Origin: Novakomyces olei
Taxonomy: Eukaryota
Assembly (NCBI GenBank): GCA_016906335.1
Contig: JADEYG010000009.1
Location: 1,550,001-1,614,000, forward strand
Length of the DNA: 64,000 bases
Reading direction: 5' to 3'
Position 1 is the first letter of the stretch, and every line of letters begins with the position of its first letter. A program made the translations under genes and the position numbers. The notes under the pieces were generated by a model. That model worked only from the letters and a program-made list of their open reading frames with translations. It was not told the origin of the DNA and did no database searches. This document shows positions 47,011-58,537 of the stretch, in pieces.

Positions 47011-48886
47011 ATTAAATAAATTAAATAAATAAACGAAAAAATTATTTGGTACATACATAATCCCACCAGAGAACCATTGCGCATTCGCGCTCAAATACAC
47101 GGTTCAATTGGCAAATCTGTGTCAGCTGGATGGCAGTGGGAGATCCCACCAAGAGAAACATGACGATGACGAAAATAGGATCGTCAATAGCTCCAACATC
47201 ACAAAACTTTGCCAGCAAAACGAAAAGCGGAAGCAGTATTGCCGGCACCAAAACCATTCGCCCCACAATACAGGCATAAACGACTCGTTTTGATTGCTGA
47301 CGGACATCCGCAGACTGTTCCTCGCCCATATCTGTACAAAAACTGCCGCCTAAAACGAGTAAAATCATGGGAATAGCCACATTTGCCAATGCCTCAATAG
47401 CTCTGATCAAACTTCCGTTCAAAAAAGTGCCCTCTCTGAACAAGTAATCTTGCAAAGGACCAATCAGGGCGACGATAATGCCCGCCAGCATTGCCCACAG
47501 TGGGAAATTCATCTGTTCCCACACGCGTAAGCCAAAGTTTTGTAGCCGCGTCCGCCACCAGGGCCATTCGCGAGGCGAAGAGCCTCCGTCCTGTTCCGAC
47601 CCGGAATCAGCCGGCTCAACAGTGGGAAAAGACGTTATCCTCGCTTGATTTAATGGGCTTATTCTGGGCTCTGCGAGCCTTGTCTCTGAAGCACTCGGCC
47701 TGACTAATGAATCGTGCTCTCTTGCCTCCTCGTCCAAGTTTTGCTCAAGCTGGGAATCGTCCTCTTCTTCAAGGCCAGCTCCGTCCGGAGAGTGCCTGCT
47801 CTTGTTGCTATTGGCGGATGGAATTTCACGGTCAGTACTGCTGTTTGAACCCTCGCTTGCTATGAGCAGCTCCTGTTCTGTATACGGAGCCAGCAGGGAA
47901 GAATAGCCCCAAGACCAGCGGAGCATCTGGCCGAGCTGAGCAAATATCATCAGATATAAAATGCCCCGTGAAGCGATACCCGACTTTGTATCGTTCGGCT
48001 CCCTGTCCCACTGCAGGCCGTCGAGGGAGTAAGCCAGGGTGGTTACGAGTGCAACGGGGAGAGAATTGGCATTTTGAAATATTACACAAGCGCTCACAAA
48101 GTTTTGCTGCCGACGGTTGAATCGGAGCAGACGGCTAATCGTGACGGAGACGGTCCAGGAAACGAGGGTCAAAATGACAAAGATCACGGGGAGCAGCCAA
48201 ATATCGCCAAAGCCTTCCGGGTCAAGTGATTTTGCTACTTTGGAAAAGACTAGAGCCGGCGTGAATAGGTACATATTGAGGTGGGCCAGCGCCTGTTGTG
48301 CTGATTAGTATACATCCAGCTTGACGGAGCCCATGGCAATGAAAAAGGCCGGTACGGAATAGGGAGATAGTGGAGATGAAACGGTAATGAAAATGGCAAT
48401 AAAATGGCAATAAAATGGCAATAAAATGGCAATAAAATGGCAATAAAATGGCAATAAAATGGCAATAAAATGGCAATAAAATGGCAATATAATGGCAATA
48501 AAATGGCAATAAAATGGCAATAGAATGGCAATAAAATGGCAATAAAATGGCAATAAAATGGCAATACAATAGTAATTAAAATAGAAATTAAAATGAAATG
48601 GCAATGACGATGATGACAATAAAGAAAACAACGATAACCAGGATTAAACGATGGCGGATCGCTGCTGAAAATTAAACAATAAAAACCAAAAGTAATGCGA
48701 ATTAGCCCGATCATATTTGCCAGAGTAAATACTGCAGTAATTCAGTCCAAGAGAACTTACCTTTTGTGTCTGCTTTGTAAGAAAGCCATTTCTAGCGAGT
48801 AAAAAGCCGCCCGTTGCAATAACAAAAACTTCCAAGACTGCTTTTAGAGTTTGTGTGAATAGCGACAGCAATGGAGCATGCGCCAT
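46613..48886 (-). CDS. Auxin efflux carrier family membrane transporter (YBR287W-like); exons 48886-48761, 48292-47057, 46735-46613
   Basis: AVLEVF, LFTPALVFSK, FQNANSLPVAL, RGILYLMIFAQLGQMLRWSWGY, DDPIF and SPTAIQL motifs; introns in frame. Confidence 0.92.
46755..47032. repeat. Intronic (ATAAATAG)n/(ATAA)n microsatellite
   Basis: Fills almost all of intron 46736-47056. Confidence 0.95.
48390..48566. repeat. Intronic 11-bp tandem repeat (AAATGGCAATA)n, about 16 copies
   Basis: Inside intron 48293-48760. Confidence 0.95.
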
Positions 48887-49345
48887 ACGTAATTCAGCAA
48901 ACGTATATGAGAAACAGTGAGGGTTTGAGGTTGTAAATTACGATCGCCGCTAACGAGGAGACGCGATACAGAGTCGACCAGTTCACTTGTGCCTCCAGAA
49001 AAAAAGAAGAAAAAATGCTTGTCAGATTGGCAGCAGCAGCTGCTGTTCAAGGTATAATCGTGGCCTTAAAACGCCGCGTTCTAATGCTCTTGTCGGCCTG
49101 TTTCGACGTCGACGCTGCTGTCCAATGACGTGTGATTGACAGCTTCAGAACACCCTAAGAAAAACGAGACTATTGAAAGGATTTGTTGTGTATTATCCAA
49201 GTAATATAGTGACTCGTGGAAAATGGAAAAATATTGGATTGTTCATATATTGTCAATTTATTATTAATTTATTGTTAATTTATTGTTAAAGCTTACAAAA
49301 ATAGCCATCTATTGAGTGTCTAGAGTCTATTAATCTATTAATCTA

Positions 49346-49428
49346 ATTGATCTATTGATCTATTGATCTATTGATCTATTGATCTATTGATCTATTGATC
49401 TATTGATCTATTGATCTATTAATCTATA
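49346..49428. repeat. Microsatellite (TCTATTGA)n
   Basis: About 10 copies in the divergent promoter upstream of LSC1. Confidence 0.92.
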
Positions 49429-49820
49429 GAGTCCATTGACTGGTAAGTTGACGTCTGACGCAGTCGGCAGATTATTGTATGCTATAGTGGTATAATAGTC
49501 GGCTCAGCCTGAATGACTAATCAATAGTCCAGCGAGCGCATGTAGCATTACATAGCACGCAGCCAAGATTATCTTGCCGCCCGCCGTACGCCTTCTACTC
49601 CAAGATGGAAGAAAACCCTGACCAGAACACGTACATTACACGAACACTGTATGCACACTATTGTGGGAGAAGATTAATAGGCCCACTTGAAAAAAATAAT
49701 ATAGCGTAAATAAGGGTGAGAAGCGACCAAACTTGCCGTCACGCTACAGCGAACAGCGTGTTGCAGACAGTCTAAAGGGGACGAGTCCGATCAGTAAAAG
49801 TCCTTAAAAAATAGCCAAAA

Positions 49821-51336
49821 ATGCGTTCATCCGCAGCAATGGCGACACGATCTCTGCGCTTGGCGGTACGGTCGTTTTCTGCTTCCGCACGTAAGCACAA
49901 CAGCGGCGATGATCTGTACGCTCAGACGCTAAAGAACCTTAAAATCAACGACAAGACAAAAGTCTTGTACCAGGTATGGCTTTGCGAAGCAAATATGGCT
50001 GAGCTGACGCTTTGATATAGGGCTTTACCGGCAGACAGGGCACTTTTCACGCACAGCAAGGTATGTATTGGGCAACACGTCTTTTTTCTATTTTATAGAG
50101 ATTTTTGGTCGAACGTGATTCGGTTATGGCAATTTTATACAGAAGGCAATTTGTATAGAAAGCAATCTGTACAGAAGGCAATTTGTACAGAAAACAATTT
50201 ATACAGAAGGCAATTTGTACAGAAACATGTTTAAGCAGAAAGCAATTTGTACAGAAAACAATTTTATGCAGAAAACAATAACAATTTTGTACAGAAAACA
50301 AAAACAATTTTGTATAGAAAACAATTTTAAACAAAAACAATTTGTACAGAAAACAATTTTAAACGAAAACAATTTGTACAGAAAACAAGAGCTGCAGTTT
50401 TCTAGACTACACTTTGCCAAAGCATTGCTACTTTATTGCCATTCGTGTCTATGCAAAGAATTTTCTTTCTATTTATCACAACTTTCCCCTATTGAACAGC
50501 CCTTTTAACTATCAGCATTGGAATATAACACGAAAATCGTTGGAGGCACAAACCCCAAAAAAGCGGGCGAGCTGCATTTAGGTCTCCCCGTGTTTGGGAC
50601 AATTGCGGACGCGATGAAGGAAACAAAAGCCGACGCGTCTGCAGTATTCGTACCCCCGCCGCTTGCTGCGGGAGCCATAATGGAGGCAATTGAAGCTCAA
50701 GTTCCTCTTGTTGTCGCAATCACAGAAGGAATTCCTCAGCACGATATGCTGCGAGTGACATCGGCCTTGCGAACTCAAAACAAGACGCGTCTCGTGGGCC
50801 CAAACTGCCCTGGTGTGATTGCACCAGAGCAGTGTAAGATTGGCATTATGCCCTCGCATATTCACAAACGTGGCAAAGTGGGCATTGTCTCCCGCAGCGG
50901 GACGCTTACTTATGAGGCAGTTAATCAGACTACGCAGGTTGGATTAGGGCAGTCGCTGGTTATCGGGATGGGCGGTGATCCCTTCCCAGGGACAATGTTT
51001 CTCGATGCGCTGAGAATATTCTTGGACGATCCAGAGACGGAGGGTATTATACTGATTGGAGAAATTGGTGGGACTGCAGAGGAAGACGCTGCAGAGTTCT
51101 TGCGCCAGGAGAACTTGAAACTAGACTCGCCCAAGCCAGTTGTCGCTTTTATTGCTGGCGTGACTGCTCCACCGGGCCGCCGTATGGGCCATGCTGGTGC
51201 TATCGTGTCGGGTGGTAAGGGCACAGCTGCGTCCAAGCAGCAGGCGCTTTCTGCCGCTGGAGTAGTGGTGGAAAGAAGCCCGGCTCGACTTGGTGCAGCA
51301 CTGTATAATGAGTTTGTCAAGCGCGATCTTTTGTAG
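49821..51336 (+). CDS. LSC1: Succinyl-CoA ligase alpha subunit; exons 49821-49973, 50021-50060, 50516-51336
   Basis: [28 protein letters not shown] and [10 protein letters not shown] (phospho-His). Confidence 0.97.
50128..50388. repeat. Intronic degenerate repeat of about 17 bp (GCAATTTGTACAGAAAA)n
   Basis: In LSC1 intron 2. Confidence 0.85.
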
Positions 51337-51403
51337 GCAGGGGGTCGAGTATGTCGGCAGCATTGCTTTTGTTTTGATAATATAAAAGGAATATAGATGA
51401 TTA

Positions 51404-51815
51404 GAGTTTGTTTGAGTGTAGATTGAGCGTAGATTGAGTGTGTTTGAGTGTAGTTTGAGCGCATTTTGTAGTTTGAGTGTAGTTTGAGTGTAGTTTGAGT
51501 GTAGAATTGTGAGTGTATATACTGTGGAATGCCAAGGACAGGCGTGTACGCTGTGCAACACCGTACGCTTTACAACAACACCGTTCGGTACAGTGTACGC
51601 TGTACAACACCGTACGCACCGTACGCTGTACAACACTGTACGGTACGCTGTACAACACCGTACGCACCGTACGCTGTACAACAACACTGTACGATACGCT
51701 GTACAACAACGCCGTTCGGTAAAGTGTACGCTGTACAACGCCGTAAGGCACGGTACGCTGTACAACAACACCGTTCGGTACGGTGTACAACAACACCGTC
51801 CGGTCGGTGTACGGT
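51404..51815. repeat. Two arrays between the convergent LSC1 and UTR4 stops: (GTTTGAGTGTA)n at 51404-51504 and a complex GTACGCTGTACAACAC array at 51545-51815
   Basis: Directly visible. Confidence 0.88.
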
Positions 51816-51817
51816 AA

Positions 51818-52569
51818 CTAATCCCTTACAGTATCAAACACTCCCTCAAACGAAGACCGCCAAGGGTCTTTAACCGTGCCCGGCTGCCGCAAAGCCAGAT
51901 TGTCCTCGCGGACAATCTGGCAGGCGTGCATGCCTGCGGCACGTGCCGCCTCTACTTCAGCCAGAACGTCTGATAAAAACAGCCATTCATCAGCGCCCGC
52001 TGCTTGCGCCGAGTCTACAATAGCGCTGTAGCTTGATTTTTCCTGCTTTGTGCCCACGCGCGTATCAAAGTAACCGGCGAAAAAAGGCCGTAGATCGCCC
52101 TGATCAGTGTGCGCAAACAGCAATTGCTGTGCGGGAACCGAACCCGAACTGTACACCCAAACGCGCTGGTTCGGTGTGTTCGTAAACGACGAGAGCGTGG
52201 GGACAACGTCCGCGTATATTGGCGCCTTGACGCGTCCAGACGCGTACGCGTCTCTCCATATTAACCCCTGTAGAGCCTTGAAAGGGCCGTACTTTGCATT
52301 CTGCGAGTGCAGCTCTTCTACTCGCGCGATCAGTGCGTTCGCTGACGCGCGAGTACGCTCGTCAGCGAACGCAGAGACCACGTTCTCCTGAAACTCAGAG
52401 TCGGACCAGTGCTCTGTGATGTAGTGCCGATACTCGCGCGCAGCGTACGGGAACAGTACGTCTGTGACAAAGGACACGGGCGTTACCGTACCCTCTTTGC
52501 CTGTGTCAGCCTTGACTTGAATTTGAGCTTACCAATGTCGAGCAGCAGGTGCTTTATACGGGACGCCAT
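51818..52569 (-). CDS. UTR4: Enolase-phosphatase E1 (methionine salvage, HAD family); exons 52569-52533, 52494-51818
   Basis: LLDIEGTVTPVSFVTDVLFPYA, KALQGLIW, YSSGSVPAQQLLF and WLFLSD..EV.AA. Confidence 0.95.
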
Positions 52570-52929
52570 TGCCGTACAATGGCACTGACAGAGCGGGCGA
52601 ACGTTGTGCCGTTTACTATAGCGAATTCGCGCTGACAGTGTGCTGTTTGCTGTGCTGTCGCTCTATGGGAGCATTTAAGTATAGCCAAATGTTTACAGTG
52701 CTCATATAAATTTTTATTACATCCTCCTGTTTGCAGTAGCGTACAGTTAATTATAGCGAATTGTCACTTGTTCGTACACATCTAATACGCTCCTGTTTGC
52801 AGTAAAACAGGTTCGCAGTAGCGTATAATTAATTATAACGAAATGCCACATTGTACGTATACATTTGCAGTACATTTGCAGCAACAACTCGTGTAATTGT
52901 ATCATACTTGTATGTAATTTTATCTAAAA

Positions 52930-53531
52930 TTACATACTCGTGCTGGGTTCGATTCGTGTGCGATCTTTGTCGTATAACAAACACATTACGTGTGCGATAC
53001 ACCGTACGCTCGTTTTTGCGATCGATGATTATATACGTATTTTATATTAATACGTGCAAAACAAGACGAACAGTACAACGGGCCGTGGTCGCCTTTTATT
53101 GCTTTTGAGATCTGACGAGGGCAATATAGGCGGGCGACAAAGTGTTACGGGTTCCGTGCCGCTCATCCATTGACGCGCTGCCTCTTTACTGAGCTTCGGG
53201 GGTTTGGTTGGGGTTTGAAAGCCTTTTATACTGCTCTTCCAGCCGCGCTCGCCTTTGAGGGATTCTGTCAAAGGGGAGGTAAGCAGGCGTGGCAGACCCG
53301 ACTCGAGGATCCGTGGTTCGTTCTATATAAATATAAAGGGGTTCTCTTGCAATTGCCTCCGTTTGAGTACGGATCCGCGTGAGTACGGCCGTATTATTCG
53401 CTGGGATTAACGTGCCTGGACAAGTATCAGGCACTGGCTGAGCAAAGCGCTGCCTCTCTTGCGGTTTTGAGCGGCCATTGTACCTATCGTCATATCGTTA
53501 AAGGCGGTGCTGATATTCCAGCTGTACATTT
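52930..53531 (+). ncRNA. Candidate structured non-coding RNA, identity unknown; boundaries approximate
   Basis: Many complementary stems with G-U pairs on the + strand in a GC-rich island with no credible ORF (see findings). Confidence 0.4.
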
Positions 53532-53846
53532 ATTTGTCCTTTACTGCTCTAATTGATATTTGTTAATTAATTAATTAATTAATAATTTATTTATTAATTT
53601 ATTAATTTATTAATTTATTATTTATTATTTATTTATTAATTTATTATTTATTTATTAATTTATTTATTTATTAATTTATTATTAATTTATTTATTCATTC
53701 ATTCTCTTTCTGTTTTGCCTCGTCAAAAAGACAGAGTCTCTGCTTTCTTTCCACTTTGTCTAGTGCGATTTATTGCCTTGTACTCTACAGGCTCACTGCC
53801 TCGTTATCAATTCGTGGCAACTTTTTGTGTTTAATCACGCTTCAAT

Positions 53847-55778
53847 ATGGCAGACGAGCTGAACGGCCCATCGGCAGTCCGAGCACCGTCTCCGCCTGCA
53901 GCGGCGTCTCAAGAAAAACCGGAGACGCTCAGATCCGTGTCCCAGCCAACACTCTCGGACCAGTTACAAAGGGTAGAAATATCGACAGAAACAGAAGCTG
54001 GAGACACGAAACCAGTGTCGCCTGACCCCCGGACTTGCTCGACTTTTGCCTACAATCGAAGCAAAGACCTTGCTTTAAGCAATGTAAATGCTGCTCGAAG
54101 GCCGCCTAATGCCCCTCTTTTCCCAGCCGGATCCGAGGATCGCCGGACGCCGTCTCCGGCCTCGAGCTTCTCCACAACTGGACCAAACAAGACAAGGCCT
54201 TCACCGGGAATAAGCGGGCTCCATACGAGCGCACAGGAACGGTTCCGGGCCTTTCAGCAGCAGCGAATGCGATCAAAGTCCGATGCGAGTATTGCAAACA
54301 GCAACAGCAATAATAATATTACCAACAAACCTAATGACAGCAACAATGCAAACAATAATGTAAACAATAATAATGAGAGCAGCAGCCCTTTCAACACCAA
54401 ACCTGTTGACCAAAGGACGCTAGTTGCCCAGGAAATGGCAGCAGCGAGCCCTGCTCCAGCAGCCTCTACACAGTCTCCAAAACTGCCTTCGCCAGCAATA
54501 GGGATGGGTGGAGGACTGGCAGCGAGGAGAAATGCGCCCGGCAGACTGCCTGGTCCACCTGGAGCCAATGCGCCCAAGCCTGCAGTCGGCGGCATGGCAG
54601 CCCGTCGAGGCCTTTTGCTCAACGGCAATCCGACACTAAACAGCCGTGGCAGAGCAAATCCTGCTTCTTCAGCCGTCTCTGGAAGCCAGTTTGGACAGTT
54701 TTCTGATATTGTTGATGCCAGCACGGGGACACTGAATTTTAAAAACAAGGCGGTTGTGAATGCAGACGGAGTCAATTTCTCTTCAGGCAAAAAGTTCCGT
54801 ATAAACCTGGGCGAGTTTGAAAAACTGGACGAGCTGGGCAAAGGCAATTATGGTGTAGTGTACCGCGTTCTGCATAAGCCGAGTGGTGTGCAGATGGCGT
54901 TGAAGGAAGTCCGGCTGAGTCTCGACGAAACGACGTTTCGCCAAATAATAATGGAGCTCGATGTCCTCCACAAGGCAACCAGCCCGAATATTGTCGAGTT
55001 TTATGGGGCCTTTTTCGTAGAGGGATGCGTCTTTATCTGCCTCGAGTACATGGACGCTGGATCCGTGGATAAACTGTACCAGCATGGCGTTGAAGAACCC
55101 TATCTCGCTCGGATAACAGAGGCAGTTGTACGAGGCCTGCTGAGTCTCAAACAGGACCACAACATTATCCACCGGGATGTTAAGCCCACAAACGTGCTTG
55201 TAAATACAAAGGGCCAAATCAAGATTTGCGATTTCGGAGTATCCGGCAATTTAGTGGCCTCGATTGCCAAAACGAATATTGGCTGCCAGTCTTACTATGC
55301 GCCTGAGCGGATTCAGAGCTCCTCGGGCGAGGCGAATACGTATAACGTGCAGGCAGACATTTGGTCTTTGGGCCTGAGCATTGTGGAAATGGCTGTCGGG
55401 GGGTACCCTTACCCAGCAGAGACTTATTCCAGTATCTTTGCACAGCTAAATGCAATCTGCGAGGGAGAACCGCCCGCTCTACCCGCCGAAAGGTACTCCC
55501 AAGAAGCCTGTGATTTTGTCAAACAGTGCCTGCAAAAGAACGCTGCTCGACGGCCTGGGTACCACGAGCTGCTAGAGCATCCCTGGCTCAAGCGGTACCG
55601 TGACGACAGCTCTATCGATCTCGCTGCTTGGGTCAAGAACCGATCAGAGACTGCTCAGGCAGCAAAGAACGCACGACCGGCTCCGGCTCTGCATAAAGTC
55701 AATCTGGACGAAGCAGGACAGCATTCGCCTTTACTCCAACAGCAGCCCGCTGCTTCTACTGCTCAGCATGAAGGCTGA
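53847..55778 (+). CDS. PBS2: HOG-pathway MAP kinase kinase Pbs2/Wis1
   Basis: GLAARR motifs, GKGNYGVV, HRDVKPTN, activation loop GNLVASIAKTNIGCQSY and YPYPAETYSSIFAQLNAI. Confidence 0.96.
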   Translation: MADELNGPSAVRAPSPPAAASQEKPETLRSVSQPTLSDQLQRVEISTETEAGDTKPVSPDPRTCSTFAYNRSKDLALSNVNAARRPPNAPLFPAGSEDRRTPSPASSFSTTGPNKTRPSPGISGLHTSAQERFRAFQQQRMRSKSDASIANSNSNNNITNKPNDSNNANNNVNNNNESSSPFNTKPVDQRTLVAQEMAAASPAPAASTQSPKLPSPAIGMGGGLAARRNAPGRLPGPPGANAPKPAVGGMAARRGLLLNGNPTLNSRGRANPASSAVSGSQFGQFSDIVDASTGTLNFKNKAVVNADGVNFSSGKKFRINLGEFEKLDELGKGNYGVVYRVLHKPSGVQMALKEVRLSLDETTFRQIIMELDVLHKATSPNIVEFYGAFFVEGCVFICLEYMDAGSVDKLYQHGVEEPYLARITEAVVRGLLSLKQDHNIIHRDVKPTNVLVNTKGQIKICDFGVSGNLVASIAKTNIGCQSYYAPERIQSSSGEANTYNVQADIWSLGLSIVEMAVGGYPYPAETYSSIFAQLNAICEGEPPALPAERYSQEACDFVKQCLQKNAARRPGYHELLEHPWLKRYRDDSSIDLAAWVKNRSETAQAAKNARPAPALHKVNLDEAGQHSPLLQQQPAASTAQHEG

Positions 55779-56470
55779 GCACTGCGTGGCGCTTTTGCCG
55801 CTGGCAAACGCTCAGAGTGCTCTATGATATACATATACTATTTGAATTGTGCTTTTTATTTTCCCTTTTTCAGGTTGCCACTATTGTCTTTGTTCATATG
55901 TCTGGTTTCTGCAAACAGGTTCTTGTTGCCCATTTTCTTTTCCGTTTTCTCCTTTTGTATTTCTCTATTGTATCTGCTTCATGACTTTTATTCATTAAGC
56001 AGCTTCACATAAATCATGCTACTTTTGGAAAGAATCAATTCTTTTTTTTTTTTTCTTGGAAAATGTCTCACCTCCTGTCAACACGTTTTGTTACAGCCTT
56101 TTATACATCTGATGATTTTTCTTTTCTTTTCTTTTCCTTGATTTCTTTTTTCTTCCTTTTTTCCCCACTTTTCTTTGTTCAAAGGATTATTCAAAGGATT
56201 GTTTTTAATAAAATTTAATTTAATGGCAGGAAACATCAAGTAATTTGGACATAGTAGCCGGAATAAACGACACTTTTTTGCCAAAGCTGTTTTGTAAAGA
56301 ATATTATTAATAAAGTTATTTATAGAGAAAATTAACTGATTTCAACAAATCTGAATTGCGTAGGGTAATTACAAGTTTGATATACATGCCGTGTCGCTAA
56401 AACCTAAAAAATCAAGACGCTACAAGAACCAGACTGCCACCAATAATAAAGGGGATCAATGAACGTTCCT

Positions 56471-58537
56471 TCAAGCGGCATTTTCAACATGAGAAAAATG
56501 GGGAGCGTCCATTTGTTTCTCAAAATTAGTGACCACTCCTTCGTCGATTTCACGGCCAAAGACGTCGACTTGCGTCTTTGCAAAATTGCGAGCACTCACG
56601 CCTTGCTCAAACAGCATATCGAGCTCCGCAAAAGTACGACCAGTCGGTTCAGGCACACGGAAATAGGTATAGACTATGCAGCAAAAGCAGATACCAGCCT
56701 GAATGTTAAAACATTAAAAAAAAAACAAATTAAATATATATAAATAAATATAAACATACCCAGAAAAAGCCAGCAAAATTACGCCAGTTCCAAGCACCCG
56801 GGTTGAGCATATAAGGCGTCAGTACACTGCAAACGATTCCCACAACAATACTGTTCGTTAGCGAATAATGTAGTTATTATAGACTTACTAGGACATGCGG
56901 CCAAGCACGACAGTCTTGATTTGCAGCCGTCTCGTAGAAATCTCACTGACTAGCGAGTAGCACACGGTGCCAACAGTGATCTGATAAGTAAAAGCCCAGC
57001 CCAGCATAATACTGCCAGTGGCAATTGACGCCTCGCGGCGATGGGCGTCGGGCACAAGGCCTAAGAATCCCATTACGAAAAGCATAACAAACAGTCCGCA
57101 CAGGCCATACAGGTAGAGAGACCGGCGGCCAATACCAAACGTCATAAGAGCCCAGGCGCCAAAGACACCGACGATATTCATGCTGTACTGACCGAGGGCA
57201 AAAGAGTACGAGTCTGAGCTGCTCAGCCCGGCTTGCTCGAGGAAGTAAGTCGAGTAGTTGGAGAAAGAATTGCCGCTCAGGTTCTGGATTGCCCAGACCA
57301 TACATACAATTTCTGTGCGGCGCAGATTATGGCCTCTAAAGCAGTCGAGGTACGAGGCCCCTTTTGTCTCTGACTTTTCCAGTGCAGTCGTATGAGCCAT
57401 CATGGCAATCGTCTCCTCTGCGTCAAAATCCGTCTCGCGATTTGTGCTCGTCAGACGCAACAGAGCTTTTTTTGCATCGTCCATTCTACCCTTACGCACG
57501 AGCCACCACGGAGACTCCGGAGCTGCCAAAAGAGCAATAATCAGGGGGACTGGCCAAATCCATTGTAGAGCGTAGGGGATACGGTAAGCCCATTCGTCAG
57601 TACGGCCAATCATGGACTTGATAACGCCGATACCGATTACCTGTCCGATTCCCCAGCAGCAGTTCACGTACGTTGTAAGGTAACCGCGCATTGCAACGGG
57701 GCAGACCTCTGAGGCATACGTGACCGTCAGTGTTTGGAAGACACCCCATGGCTGGGATTAGTATTCAGCAGGGCAAGAAAAAGAAGAAAATTAAAAAGAA
57801 GTTAAAGAGAGATTAAAAAGAAAAAGCGAATACTATGAAGAATTATACTTTTGGAAATAAAAGCAAGAGAGTATCAAGTATTCTAAACTCAAAAATATAT
57901 AAAATGTAAAAAGAAAAGAGGTAAGAATTGATAAAACAAAGTCACTTTGCTTGCTCTCGGCAATCTTTACGTACAATTCCACAAAGAATCTCGGCAACAA
58001 GGAGCGCGTACACGTGCTGAGCGGTAAAGAAAATCGTAATAAACCCAGTAAGAAGCGTGAGACAGGCAATAACTGTGTAGCGGTAGCCGAATCGTTCAGA
58101 AACCCATCCGTTCAATAAAAGACCGATAAACTCTCCCACATTGGCACCCTGATGGTAAGTACACGCACAAGTCTTTTTTGTTTCGGATAAAAAAAAACAA
58201 TTGTTACTGCTAATCAGCTCTCACTTACATTGCTAAGTCCCGACTGCCAGGCGGCAGAGATCTGATAATCGCCATTCGGCAATCGCGTTCCGTACTTGCG
58301 ATTGAACGGATCAAAAGCATAAAAGTTGTTGATCAGACAAACATCGTAGCCTTCCATAATAATACAGGTAGAAATAATCAAACTCCAGGCGATGGCTTTC
58401 GGGTATAGGCGAATGCCCTGCATGAGCGTCATGCTATGCTCCTTTTCCGTAGCATTTTTGGCCTCGAGAACGATACGGCCGTGTCCATGGTCGTTTTTTT
58501 CAGACTCCAAGTGCTCAGTAGCCCCGACTTTCTCCAT
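56471..58537 (-). CDS. Alpha-glucoside/maltose permease (MAL11/MAL31 family); exons 58537-58229, 58148-57975, 57751-56889, 56850-56760, 56698-56471
   Basis: YPKAIAWS..IMEGYD, GIPWGVFQTL, APESPWWLVRKG, SYLDCF.G.NLRRT and PEPTGRTFAELD; four in-frame introns. Confidence 0.94.

Noticed and set aside
52940-52962. GGTTCGATTC as part of a tRNA
   Set aside because: No T-stem pairing or cloverleaf around it.
53090-53531. Identification as U5, snR30/U17, RNase P/MRP, a TPP riboswitch or a hammerhead ribozyme
   Set aside because: Only fragments match (GCCTTTTA, ATATTCC, CTGACGA); the required partner motifs are missing.
14617-55778. STL1-like gene and PBS2 as an osmostress cluster
   Set aside because: They are 37 kb apart with many unrelated housekeeping genes between.
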